A stretch of DNA of 64,000 nt. Origin: the human T2T-CHM13v2.0 reference genome, Homo sapiens. Within the stretch, counting starts at the first letter, position 1. Every line of letters begins with the position of its first letter. Below the pieces are notes generated by a model. The model was not told the origin of the DNA and searched no databases. It worked only from the letters and a program-made list of their open reading frames with translations. The stretch is taken from assembly GCF_009914755.1 (NCBI RefSeq), contig NC_060936.1; one strand, written 5' to 3'. Shown one piece after another: positions 1 to 30,249 of this stretch. The position numbers and the translations under genes are program-made.

Positions 1-39
1 TATCTATGTAGTATTCTTGCAAGAGATGTGGATTTCTCA

Positions 40-890
40 TAGCCCTCAGCAACTTCACAGATCTAGAACCTCTTGAAGGAAGGGGAAGCCAGATCTCCTT
101 AAGGAAAGACTCCGCTGTACTGCCAAAATATATTTTGGTTTCAGCTTCACTTCCAGACTTTCCTGTAATGGATCCTGAGTTCCAGGGAAGTCTCTGACAG
201 TTCTTTGGCAACAGTTTTGGAGATGATGATCTGATCATCTCTGAAGTATTCATTCTAGACAAGATTCAGTGCTGCCAGCAGCCAGCCACCCAGGTTGCTT
301 TATAGCTGTAACCCTGCTCAGGCTGGCTCGTGGAGTTCCTGAGAGTAATGGCCACTCTCTGCTTGCCAGGTCAAGGCTTGTGGGTTATGCATGATGTATT
401 TGTCACCTTCTTCCTGCCTGTTCTCTTGAGAGCACTGATGTATCAGTTACCCAGTTCAGTGGAAAAAAAAAAAAGGGTAGGGGTGGACCAGTAACTGAGG
501 TAGTTAACACAATCTGTTCTCCCATTTTTTTCCATGGTAATAGGGGTTGACATTGAATAACATGCCTGCCTAACTGGGACTGTATTTGCTGTTTTCCTTG
601 TAGTTTTAGGTGTGATGAAGCAACTAAGTTTTATGGAATTTGAGTGGAAATGCTGCTAATTCCAGGTTGGGAACCTGACAACAGTGACTGTGCCTCCTCC
701 ATGTTCTTTTATCCCCTCCCAAAAGTAGCAATAGCAATGCAGCCTTGATTTTTTTTTTTTTTTGCAGAGCCACAAGATGGAAGGAACCTGCATAACCACA
801 TGGAATAGTGAACTGTTATGTGAGAGCAGAATAAATGCCTTTATTCTTTAAGCCACAGTTTTGTTTGGTTTCTTGTTATAGCAGCTTACT
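40..890 (+). mobile_element. Decayed ERVL/MaLR pieces (internal fragment ~40-135; MLT1-like LTR ~600-890)
   Basis: cttcacagatctagaacctcttgaaggaaggggaagccag resembles ERVL internal sequence; gccacaagatggaaggaacctg...aataaa...ttaagccac...ttgttatagcagc resembles an MLT1 3' end. Confidence 0.55.
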
Positions 891-1168
891 TTTTGCTCAA
901 ACTTATTGATTATTTTTGTCAAATAACATCTAAGCATTCACTTCACCAGTGTAGGCCCTGAGCAGGCCGCACCACTCCTGCTTTTCCATTGTAATGGAAA
1001 TCTTGGGGTAAGGGACTGATTCTAAAAAAGGCTTTGAATTAAGAATTTTAAGCCGTCTTTTAAATCTTGGTAAGTATTGTTACAGCCTTGTGAACATTTG
1101 TATAGCAGCAGACACAGCCTCATTATATAGCATGTTTTTTTTTCAGCTCTGTTCCCACAGATTGATGG

Positions 1169-1171
<3 letters not shown>

Positions 1172-1205
<34 letters not shown>

Positions 1206-1211
1206 TGTGTG
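1172..1211. repeat. (TG)n microsatellite
   Basis: Direct reading. Confidence 0.97.
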
Positions 1212-1643
1212 AATTTTTTTGAGGCAGGGTCTCACTCTGTTGTCCAGGCTGGAATGCACTGGCGCGATCTTGGCTCACTGGAACCTCCCCCAGGCTCAAG
1301 CAGTCCTCCCACCTCAGCCTTCCGTGTAGTCTCAACTTCTCTTTTTAGAAAAGAAATTTCACATCTCTATTGCTATATGCAGAAGGTGCTGTTATGCCAG
1401 CTTTCAAAACAACTTGCAACCTACTGTCAAATCATTAGATTCCAGACAATGGTAATAGTACCATTAGGAATACGAACCTTAAGACAGGCATGGTTGCTCA
1501 TGCCTGTAATCCCAGCACTTTGAGAGGCTGAGGCGAGTGGATGTCTTAAGGCCAGGAGTTTGAGGCTGCAGTGAGCTATGATCACACCACTACACTGCAG
1601 CCTGGATGACAGAGACCCCCATCTCTTAAAAAAACAAGTATGA

Positions 1644-1880
<237 letters not shown>

Positions 1881-2406
1881 TGATCCACCCGCCTCATCCT
1901 CCCAAAGTGCTGGGATTACAGGCATGAGCCACCGTGCCCGGCCGAAAGTATGAATCTTAAATGTTAATAATTGTTTTAGCACTTTTCAATAATGGAACCA
2001 AGCAATTGCCATCAGGAAAGCCAATTCCTAGTCTGATAGAAATCCACCACAAAGCTGATCTTGCAGAGTGGCTAGTGTGAAGCACACTGGACTCCAGGAT
2101 TCAGATGTGGGTTAGGAGACCCTCCTCTCTCATTAGCTCATGCAGGTTAAGTGCTCTATCTCCACTCTGTAAAATGAGAGTGCCAGACCAGCTCAAAGGC
2201 TTCCTTCCAGCCTCAGTGTTCTGTGGTGACTGGACTGAATTTATTAGGTTAGCAGGAGCCTTCCTACTCAGCATAAAGTGTGGTTTCTCTTCCCTTTCAC
2301 TTACCAACATATTTGCCTGGCAAGGATTCCTGAAAGGATGGAACCCTACCCCCACCCCCAAAGACCATGGATTATGGGAGTTGGGAACTTTAAAGAGAGC
2401 CTTTTA

Positions 2407-2646
<240 letters not shown>

Positions 2647-4030
2647 TCAGAAGGCTGAGGCAAGGGAACCGCTTGAACCCGGTGGGCAGAGGTTGCAGTC
2701 AGCCAGGATCACACCACTGCACTCCAGCCTGGGTGACAGAACAAGACTGTGTCTCGAAAGAAAAAAAAAAAAAAAGAAGGAAAAAAGAAGCTTGAGGATG
2801 GTTATTTCCCTATCAGTGCATATGCTTCAGGTTTGAAGTTGGCTTTATCGCCATTAAGTAGACAGTTTGGAGACAATTACAGAGTATGTGGAGGGCAAGA
2901 TATTTTACTCCACGTTATTTCTCCCCGGTTACCAGGATGAAAAGTAAGATTTTTTTTCCCTACCTCTCAGAGTCCTATCAGCAGCAATCTTAGTCTTGAA
3001 TCTCTGAACATGTTGTAAGCAAAGCTGAAAAGGTGCTATGTTTAATTAATGTTGGTTCCTAAATAGGAGAGTTAAATTACCAGGTTCATTCTACTTAAAC
3101 GGCTCTTCTCAAACTCCACCATGTGTACTGGTGCAGCAGCCAGAGACTGAGTCCCTGGCTGCGCTGTGGTTTTGGGTGCTGAAGTCCCTGTTCTACATAC
3201 CCCCAAGCAGCTCCTCCTTACCAATCACAACGGTGTTTTCTAAAACAGCTCCAGCCCAGGCATGGTGGCTCACGCCTGTAATCCCAGCACTTTGGGAGCC
3301 CCTCTCTGGGAGGCCGAGACAGGAAGATCGCTTGAGCCCAGGAGTTTGAAACCAGCCTAGGTAACATAGCAAGATTCAGATAGTGAAATAATGGAAAAAT
3401 TTGGTGCTTCTCAGAGTTCTATGAAATATTTAGTGTATTAAACCTAAAATTAAAATATTTTAAATGGCATCCAATATAGTATACTAGAGTCTATTCTACA
3501 AAAGTAGCAGAATATAAGTGTGTGGTTTTTGGTTTTTTTTGGTGAGACAGTCTCTCCCTCTTCTTGCCCATGCTGGAGTGCAGTGGCGCGATCTTGGCTC
3601 ACTGCAACCTCTGTCCCCTGAGCTGAAGTGATCCTCCCACCTCAGCCACCGTGCCCGGCCGCCTGGCCGATGGTATTCTAACGCTACAGCATTATCACTA
3701 AAATTATCTAAGGTTTTAAAGTTTTTTCCCCATTAAAAAAAAAAAAAAAACTTGGCTGGGTGTGGTCACGCCTGTAATCCCAGCACTTTGGGAGGCCGAG
3801 GCAGGCGGATCACTTGAGATCAGGAGCTCGAGACCAGCCTTGTCAACATGGCAAAACTTCATCTCTACAAAAAATACAAAAATTAGCCGGGTGTGGTGGT
3901 ACGTGCCTGTGTGAGCCACTGCACCTGGCTAAAGGTCACATGTATTTCTATAAACAGGAATTAGTTGTGCCTCCCCTCAACAGCTCTAAGAGATAAGGGA
4001 ATCAGCTCTTAGACTACTGAATTTATAACT

Positions 4031-4670
<640 letters not shown>

Positions 4671-4971
4671 TAAAAATAATAAGTGGTTCTGAAATCCTCT
4701 GGGCACTGCTGAAATATGTCCACTCAATACTTCCAGCACAATTTAAAGCCCTGGGTCCCATCACCCAAACTGAAAGGGACCCATGCCATACATGCAGATC
4801 TAGCAGTCTCAGGTACCCATTGCAATTTCACTACCCTTTTCATAAGGCACATGATTTGTGTCTAAAGTGAGAGGGTTAGACAGCAAATGACATCTCCTTT
4901 CTCTTCTGGTACTTTTATAACTCAGGAACTATTTAATAGAAAGCAGAGTATAGGCCGGGTGCGGTGGCTCA

Positions 4972-5379
<408 letters not shown>

Positions 5380-5408
5380 TCAGCAAAATGTTCTCCGGTG
5401 ACTGCTGA

Positions 5409-5729
<321 letters not shown>

Positions 5730-5887
5730 TGATTTGCCTGCCTTGGCCTCCCAAATTGCTGGGATTACAGGCATGAGCCACCGTGCCCGGCCAGATGCAG
5801 CATTTTAACATTTGATATTTATCAGGCTGGGTGCAGTGGCTCACACCTTTAATCCCAGCACTTTGGGAAGCCTAGGTGGGCAGATTA

Positions 5888-6155
<268 letters not shown>

Positions 6156-6264
6156 TTATCTCAAGACCCAATTTTGGAGTTTAGTGACTGACCAGATACT
6201 TTGAACTCTTGTTAAGTAGATCTAGTAACAACTTTTAGAGCAACTGGGATGGGCCAGGGTGGAA

Positions 6265-6613
6265 TGATATGGTTTGGCTCTGTGTCCCCATCCAAATCTC
6301 ATCTCGAATTGTCATCCCCACCTGTGGAGGGAGGGAAATGATTGGATTATGGGGCCGGTTCCCCCACTCTGTTCTCATGATAGTGAATTCTCACGAGATC
6401 TGTTGGTTTTATAAGGGGGCTCTTCCCCCTCTGCTTCCTTCACAGGGTCTCTCCACATGCTGCCATGTAAGACGTGTTTGCTTCCCCTTCTGCCATGATT
6501 GTATTTCCTAAGGCCTCCCTCCCCAGCCATGTGGAATTGGGTCAGTTAAACCTCTTTCCTTTATAAATTACCCAGTCTCGGCAGTTCTTTGTAGTAATGT
6601 GAGAATAGACTAA
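6265..6613 (+). mobile_element. THE1 (THE1D-like) ERVL-MaLR solo LTR
   Basis: Starts tgatatggtttggctctgtgtcccc; contains ttctgccatgattgt and aaacctctttcctttataaattacccagtctc; ends gagaatagactaa. Confidence 0.9.
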
Positions 6614-6629
6614 GTCGGCAACTATAGGC

Positions 6630-6635
6630 TTTATT
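6630..6635 (-). terminator. Candidate distal AATAAA poly(A) signal
   Basis: Plus-strand tttatt at 6630-6635, just outside the THE1 LTR. Confidence 0.5.
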
Positions 6636-6748
6636 TTCTTGCCAATTCTTTACAGAACTGTAAGGCAGTTGCTTCTTTCTTCCGTTGTAGATAGTCTTCT
6701 GTTATTGCTACAAACTGGGATTAATTTTTAAGCTTCAAAGTTACATTA

Positions 6749-7033
<285 letters not shown>

Positions 7034-7329
7034 TCAAAAAAAAAAAAAAAAAGGAAAAGAAAGTTACATTATTATTGTGAATAAATATCTGCATTTCCTT
7101 AAGCCTTTGGCAGGCTATGTTACCCCTATCTTTTGAGAATGTACTTGAAAAGTGAGGGCAGTACCTTCACCTTATACCTGCATTTCTTCAGGCTAAGTAT
7201 CACCTGTTTACTATTTATTATCCATCCTTTATAAGCAACATATTGCAACAGTCTTTTCTAAAAGGATGCCCACTTGTGGCAGCACAGGTTCTGAAAATTT
7301 CTTCAAAATCAAGAAATCTGCTAATACAT

Positions 7330-7800
7330 TGAGAGGTTGTGATGGAACAAACACTCTCATTTACATTACATTAATGTAAATCAGGAGAATTTCTTTTGGA
7401 GGAAAATTGGCAATATCCATCAGTCTTAAATACGTAACCTTTGTCCCAGTAACTACGCTGCTCCCGATTTATGTGCACATGTGCCAGTGTAGCATAATGT
7501 ATGAGGAAAGTCAACTCCATCATTAGGAGTAGGCTATTAAGCAGTCACTGAAAGAATGGGTAGACCTATATGCACTAACGTGAAATGTCCACATACAAAG
7601 GGAAAAAAGCATGTCACAGCACATATAGGTCACTACCACTTTTAAAAGACACATTTATACGAATGTGCTTTGAATGTCTGAAGGAGACACTAAAACTGGG
7701 TAAGAGTGGTTACTTCTGGGGAGAGGACCTGGGGGACTGGGATGAAGAATGGAAAGGAGATGCTGTCTCTGACTTTTGCCCTATTTGAATTTTTTTGTCA
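7330..7800 (+). mobile_element. Highly decayed L1M fragment in the extended 3'UTR region
   Basis: actctcat...cttttggaggaaaattggcaatatcc...aacctttgtcccagtaact. Confidence 0.5.
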
Positions 7801-8199
7801 TGTGTATGCACTTCCTTTTCATTGCTGATGGTTTTTTAAAGGCACCAGACCAGGGAATGTAAGTTACTGAGTGAAGAACTCTCTCACCATTGGTGCTTTT
7901 CTGAAGGGAATCTGTGTAGCCCAGATACAAACCCTTGTGTGGGACGGCTGTCCACCTACTACTCGCTGGTTTACCCATTGGACTTGTGTCTGTCCTCCCT
8001 AAGGCCAAATTTTCCCCACTCCAGTCTATATGGAAAAAATAAGCCTCTGTGTCTGAAGCCCTATTTCTGGCCTACAAGTGGGGCGTGTGGACACACGAGA
8101 CAAATGGAGGTCTGTTAATGGTAGGGCAACTGCAAAATAAATCATGCCTGAACACAGGCACAAAATGGAAGTTATCTGGATACATTTGCAAAGATTTAT

Positions 8200-9666
8200 A
8201 TTCAGAAAGGTAGTTTTGTTATTTATTAAGTGTTTATTAAATGCCTCCCTAAAGGTCCTGGATGCCACTAGAACCTTTAGTTAGGACTGAGATGTATATG
8301 CAAGAGTGGCACATATCAAAATATCTGCTCATTGGTTCAGATCCAACGTAAGTTTTCCTTGAACCAGAACCTCATATTAACTTAAAGTACTCAATGGCAC
8401 AGCATCCTCTAATTTAAAGATTTTAAAACAAAAACATAACCAGAAGACCCAGTTTTCAAAATTGCTGTTAAAGGCCAACAAATTAGTGGGAGGGAAGGAA
8501 TAAAAAGGAATAACCTCTCTTAAAATAACAAATCTACAAAGTCCTCTGCCACAAAAGCAGATCTTTGTCATTTCCCATGAGATAATCATCACCTTGCTGA
8601 AAATGAGAAAGGCACCCCCCGCAGGCAGGGGGAAAAAACCCACTCGCTGAAACAGCTTCTACTTGTTTTTACCATATATTCCAGGGGTTATGTGTGTGGA
8701 GGGGTTGTTTTTACATTTATACAGTTTACATTGCTTGACCCATAAGTAACACTTGTAAGATTAATAGGGCCATAGTTTTAAAGAGTACTTACATAGCCCC
8801 ACCATGCATACAGAGCCTTTTTTAATATTGGAAAAAAAAATCAAAAAAAGTTGAATTTTCCATCACTAGGCAATGTAAATTTGACCATCTACATTTATAA
8901 ACCCTGACTAAAATATAAGCAATCAGTTCATCCATAAATTCTGGTTCCCTGGCAAATCTAGCACTGCAGCGTAACAAACGGCTTACAATTCAGGGATATA
9001 AAAATATCAGCTTTAAAATCTGAACTGTACAGTATATACATTAATATTTGCACCGTTAAATTAGGAATACACTTAAGTCTATGAAATACTAAGTTATAAA
9101 TAGCAATGTTTTTTGTTTTTTTTTTCAATCTGTAGCTGGCGCTGATACAATACAATGTTTACCTGGCCAAAGAGGGTTCGAGGGGACAAGCTGGCCTCAC
9201 AATAAGATGCACAGTGTTAGCTAGGTCATCGTGACAGGCATGCCTCACACCAAGACGGACTATCAAGACCTGAGCCGACCTGACTTACATAAATGACAAA
9301 CACTAGTGCTTTACAAAGGTGGCTGGAGTTCTCCATCTTCTAAAATCAACATCCAATCCCCTTCAGTCAGCATCTTCAGTATTCCCTTGAGGACTGGAAA
9401 ACCAAGGCAGCTACGTCCATCTGTAACGCACCCGCACCGGACAGGCACGAGATGTCACGTCCACCTGGCACCATCCAAAGAGGGTAAATTGGAGAAATCA
9501 CACCTTTCAAATGTTAATCTGACACTGTAAACAGCAGTTGAGTTCTCATTTACATGGGCAAAGAAAGCACTTTAAACTATTTTCACAACTTTCCTACGGA
9601 AGAAAAGGAAACGATTCAGACGGTTAATGGCTAAGTTTTAAACAAATGCTCTGCATCACTACTTGG
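8200..9666 (-). other. PRICKLE1: PRICKLE1 3'UTR (to proximal poly(A) site; end approximate)
   Basis: AU-rich stretch with no recognisable repeats after the stop codon, ending at tandem AATAAA. Confidence 0.75.
8222..8238 (-). terminator. Tandem AATAAA polyadenylation signals
   Basis: Plus-strand tttatt at 8222-8227 and 8233-8238, ~1.43 kb past the stop codon. Confidence 0.75.
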
Positions 9667-22397
<12,731 letters not shown>

Positions 22398-23847
22398 TCA
22401 CAGGACATCAAACAATGGCTGCTGTGAACAATATAAGAAAAAACAAAGACATCTAAAACCTGAATGCATTTCTCTTACCCCCGACCCAGAGCTTTTATTG
22501 AATGCTGTTAACAGACAGCTGGGCCCAGAGAAAGTAACCAAATTACTACTGTCACCACCCCCAGGCCCCAGGCCCCCTGAAATTTAAAATTTAGAGCTAT
22601 ATAATTTGGTAGTAGTCTCTTTGCCAGCTCAGAATTTCAGAACATGCCACCAAAGCTAGTTTATTTCCAGGAGCCTTTAAAAGGTGCCTCTCTACAGTCG
22701 ATTCCTTAGAAAAGTTCTCAAGAAAGTTGATGTGTTGACTTTCTAACTTGCCCACAAATCCTTGTGACATACTGTAAGTTGTAGAAAGAAGTGTCGGGGT
22801 CAGGCTACCTGCCTTGCCCACTACTATGCCCCAGGAAAAATGGCTCAAGACCCCACTCGGCACCCCTGTATTTCCTAAGCAATTTTTCCAACTGAGGCAG
22901 TGCTGCCTCCTGAGAGTGGGTCCACTCAGCCAAACTGCTTAGGTTTCAGATTTCTAATTATGTTTTGTAAGACACTAAACTGAGTTTACACACAAAATAG
23001 AAATAGCACAATTAAATCCTTATACTGCACATTAAATCCTCAAGCCTTTACTAAGGGCTAAAGTCAGTCAGACATTCATCAGTGAGTTCCTTCAACAAAC
23101 AGTCACTGAATACAGTACTATGTGAAAATAAAATCCAGCTTGGTGACTGTTAATGTTTAATTGCATCATAAGCAGGCATTCGCTGAAAAGTTATGCAGTC
23201 AGTGCCTAGTATGTGTGAAATGTCATCAGCCTGCTATGGGCAGAGTAAGATGTAAATCCTCCTCTGAATAAAAAGCCTCCTTGGATGAAGGGCTATAAAA
23301 GTGTCAAGACAACATTCCCTGCCCTAGAACCCAGGAACTTTGCTATCACCATTTATGTTCTTTGTATCTTCTGATTATTAAAATCATCCCTCATCCCAGG
23401 GCACAAAGAAAAAAATAATAATAGCAGAACTTTCAGAACCAGATGGAGAGATGGAGCTTTTTTATACCTGGGCCTTTCACCCACAAAAAAATGATGTAAA
23501 GAAAGAAAATTATAGATAATTATCCCGACCCAATGATTTTAGAGAAAACAAGATTCAGGAAAGTCAAGAGACTTGTCCAAGGTCATATGGCTAAAAGCCA
23601 GAGTCTAGTCACACATACACACTGACATGTCAGACTTCCAAAAATTCTTCTGCCTCAATAAACATTCTTCCATCTCAGGAAGGATGTCAAAAAAAAAAAA
23701 AAGTTCTCATTTGCTTAAACAAGTGTAAAAGGCAGTGAAAAGCCATACACTTTCAGCCTGAGACTAAGTCATTTTTCAGTGACTATCTCAATTCAACTCT
23801 AAATACTGAGTGTTGGAAAATACTACCTATTAAAACCTTTGATTATT

Positions 23848-24202
<355 letters not shown>

Positions 24203-25199
24203 TTAACATTGTAACAGTTCATAAATGAAGGGCAAGCACCTCATAGCTACAATCTTTATTAGCAGTAGGAGCAATGCCACACATATATTATTCCAACTAA
24301 TAAATTTAACTTTCATTCACCCTGAACAAGAAGTGAAGATGACCTCATTTCCTACACTACCATTGGGAGGTTATGACCTTTTAAACAAGGCATCATTTCA
24401 CACAGGTGCGACTCATTCATGTCTTGACTAAGGAAAGGCTTTCTAAACATAGGCGTATTCCTCTGACTCCTCAATAAAAAAGGATGTGTTAATGAGTCAG
24501 AAAATGTCTTGGATATTTTGAAAAAACCACTCCCACATGTCAAAGGAAGAGAACCAGAGGTTAAGAATTTAATTAGTAACTCTAAAACTCCTACCAGGAG
24601 AATGAGTGCCTTCAATGAAATTTAACCCAAATCATGAAATATGAACATCTGCCCCCTGCTAAATCAGGCTAAGCAGGGAGACACTAAGGTATTTGCTCTG
24701 CAGATTTACAAAGAACATAAATATTAAATAGAACCTAAAAATTAAATGTCACTGGATTATAAAACAAGAGAAAACATCACAAATTAAGACAAGCCATGGA
24801 TTTTCCAAGCCAGCACAAAGATACAGATTGCCGAAGATGTGAATTACTTTTACAGCTGTACTCCCTGATTAGCCTTTTTGTGAAAAATGTGCAGTAAATT
24901 ACTATCCTAATCAAGGTAAATCAACGTTAGCACTACATGCCACCATCCCACCATCCCCTCCTCCCAATCACCTGGAAGTTCTGGCCACATCTCAATCTTA
25001 CAATTCCCACAAGTTCATTCCAGCCTTTCAACAAATTACACTGAGGATTGACTGTCATTCATGCACAAAGTAAAGAGTCCAACTGAAGGACATGAGTGAC
25101 AATACCCTTTTCATTACAGGCATGGCTTTCTGTTTCATTTTTTAGCAGATGGCTAACTTACTTCTCCATGCCTGGCTGGTACCATTAGTGTTATGGCAT

Positions 25200-25350
25200 T
25201 TAATCACTGTATCAAGCAACCCACGGTAAGTGGTGTCTCATTTAACAGATGGGGAAACTGGGCCTCAGAGCAATGTCCCTCAGGGTCAATTGCCCAAGGT
25301 CAGTAAGTGGTCTTAGGACCGGTCTTGGCTGTGATCCTAAACCCCTGCAA
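25200..25350. mobile_element. MIR SINE (other MIR remnants near 2100, 12780, 23560, 37450, 49030, 58670)
   Basis: Core catttaacagatggggaaactgggcctcagag...aattgcccaaggtcag. Confidence 0.7.
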
Positions 25351-25667
25351 CCCCACACTGCCTCCAGGGGGGGAGTGCTGATGGAGCCAATTCCTTTTTC
25401 TTTGGTGAATCAGCCAAGCTACCTGCGCTGCAGACACACAAAATGACACAACTGGAAGGTAGTCCACTTTACCCACGGAAGGCATTTTAAGGATATACAG
25501 TCAAAAAGGATTGTAAAAATTCAATGGCCTCATGAGCACTTGGTTCAGAGTTTATTCACTGACGAAAGTTTTTCTTTTTCCTTTATATCAGAGAATACTT
25601 AAAATGACAAAACCATTCACTCGCAAGTTCTCAGAGCTCATCAAAACACAAACATTAAAAAAATGTT

Positions 25668-27244
<1,577 letters not shown>

Positions 27245-27245
<1 letters not shown>

Positions 27246-27321
27246 ATATATATATATATACACATATTATATATATGTATATACATATGTATATATGTGT
27301 ATATATGTATATACGTATATA

Positions 27322-27352
<31 letters not shown>

Positions 27353-27355
27353 GTG
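27245..27355. repeat. Compound (TA)n/(TG)n microsatellite at an Alu tail
   Basis: Direct reading. Confidence 0.95.
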
Positions 27356-29493
27356 ACCTCACAAATAACCCTTCCTTAGGCATTTAAAACACTATATGGT
27401 ATTTACTTTTGTAGCACAGAAGGAAGAAGGGAGCCTGGCCATTCCTTCTGCTCTGGGTCATGGCTGAAGGTCTTCCTGAGGATACCTAACCATGGTTGAA
27501 TGTGGTCTGCCAAAACATCATGCTTTAAGCCAAGCATATGAGACCACAGGTAAATCAGACCTAATAGAAAAATTCTAATAACTTTATTTTCAGGTATTGT
27601 CTCTTAAGGTTGATCACATGAAACGGGCAGAATCAGGTTTAAAAGTAGGCTGCATTATAATGGAAATAGAACTATTCAAAGTTGGGGTTATGACAGAGTA
27701 AAACTTTTTTTATGATGCTTCTTTTTTCTTTTGTAGAACCATGCTTAGATGAACTAACAGTGGCCCTGCCCTATACTTTTTTTTTTTTTTTTTGGTACAA
27801 TTTTATTTGGACGTTACTTTAAACTTCCAAAAAGTTGCAATAGTAAAAGAACTCTGATGCATCCCTTACCCAGACTCATCAATGGTTTACATTTTGCTCC
27901 ATTTGCTTTTGCATCATCATCCTCCCTCCCTCTCCCTCTTTCTCTCTCATATGTATACACACTTCTGTGGGATCCATTTGAGAGTGTATTTTTTTACATT
28001 CTTTTACCTAACCACAGCTCAAAACATCAGTATTCTTGACTATTCTAAGGCAGATTTATTGTCTTGGTCTTAAAATGCTGTAGCAAACTTAATCATAAAT
28101 GAATGTCAACTATGCATTAACCGATCCTGTGCTAAGTTTGGAAATAAATCAATAGGCATCCTATTTCTCCAGTGTCTCTCTATAATTTTGAATGTAAATA
28201 AACCTCATAATGAAGGAGAAAAAAAAGCAAAACAGTTTTCAGAGATGGGTTTGTTCAGGTTCCAAATAGTCTGACCATTAAGGAGGTGTGTGGAGGGCAC
28301 AAAACCTTTTAACAGCTACCACCACCATCAAAGATGGCATTGGGAGGGGGTGGTCAAGCACAAGGAACTGCTGTTAGAACTTAATTCTCTAGCAGGTTCA
28401 TGAGTTCTTTGCAGACACTATTTTGAAAACTAAAAGCCTACTATCAGAGTCAAGTAGAGAAATAAATGTCAAACAGAAAAGAAGGGTATGGTCACAAGGG
28501 AGGTGAGAAAGAAGCCCAAGGTCATGTAGAGAGAGCTGGGATACTCTTTTTTTTTTTTTTTAGAAAGGCAAGGAATATCATGGGGCTATTCCATGCAATA
28601 GAAAATGGAACAGTTCCATTTCCCTCCTTTGTCCTTTCTCTCGCCTCTTCCTTCAAAATAGTTAAATAGCTATTTCTCATCATTAAAAACAAAGACAAGC
28701 AGCTAACAGATGTAAGACTTCTCAATCATCATTGTCAAGAGAACATCTGACCCAAAGGATAAGGGCTATACTTAGGGAATGGAATCTGATGCTCTCAGCA
28801 TTCAGTAAACTTGGTCCTGATGTCTTCAAAGCTTTGACAAGTCAACAAACATCTTGAGACCTGATTTTAAAAAATAGCCACTATTTGCCTTCCAAAGATG
28901 GTCTAAGGATGTTTTAAAACAGAAAAGAATTTCACGACCATAAAGAATTAAAGCTCCTATTGCAACGTACCAATTGGCATTGCTGCTTCCACTGGGACTA
29001 AACAGACTTTCTTGAAGCTAACCAGTGACAAATGGAATTGAAACAATATGTTAATAACAAAACCTGAGTTTCATCTTCTTTTTGAGCTTGTGAGAGCTCT
29101 AGCCTTCTGAACGGCAGACAATTTTGCCAAGTTATTGACCAACGTTTCCAGCTGCTTTGGTAGCAGCTTCTAACCAGTCCCCACATAAAGCCTCCAATAC
29201 CGTACACATAGCGTGTGTGCGTGCACACATTCGCACACAGCATGTGTAGTGGTCTATGGAGCATGACAGTTTTTCTAGGTAAAGCTTGTTCCCCAAATTC
29301 AAGTATGGCCTTATTCATATAACATAGTGATATAATGAGGGGTTCCTTTGTGAAATTTACTTTCTAGGTTCATTCACTGCATTCATTCATTCATCCTTAT
29401 ATTTAAAGTTGTTATTGAATGGTTCTGGGGAATGCCAAAAGGAGCCAACTGACATTTATTCCATTAAAAGCCAGAACTTAGAAAGAAATGTAG

Positions 29494-30249
<756 letters not shown>

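Noticed and set aside
7359-7381. Short inverted repeats (atttacatta/taatgtaaat; also cccattat/ataatggg at 32220-32240)
   Set aside because: AT-rich and short enough to arise by chance.
25345-25378. CTCF-like tgcaac...cctccagggggggagtg
   Set aside because: Lacks the conserved C of the GGC core and sits at a MIR edge; cannot be supported without ChIP data.
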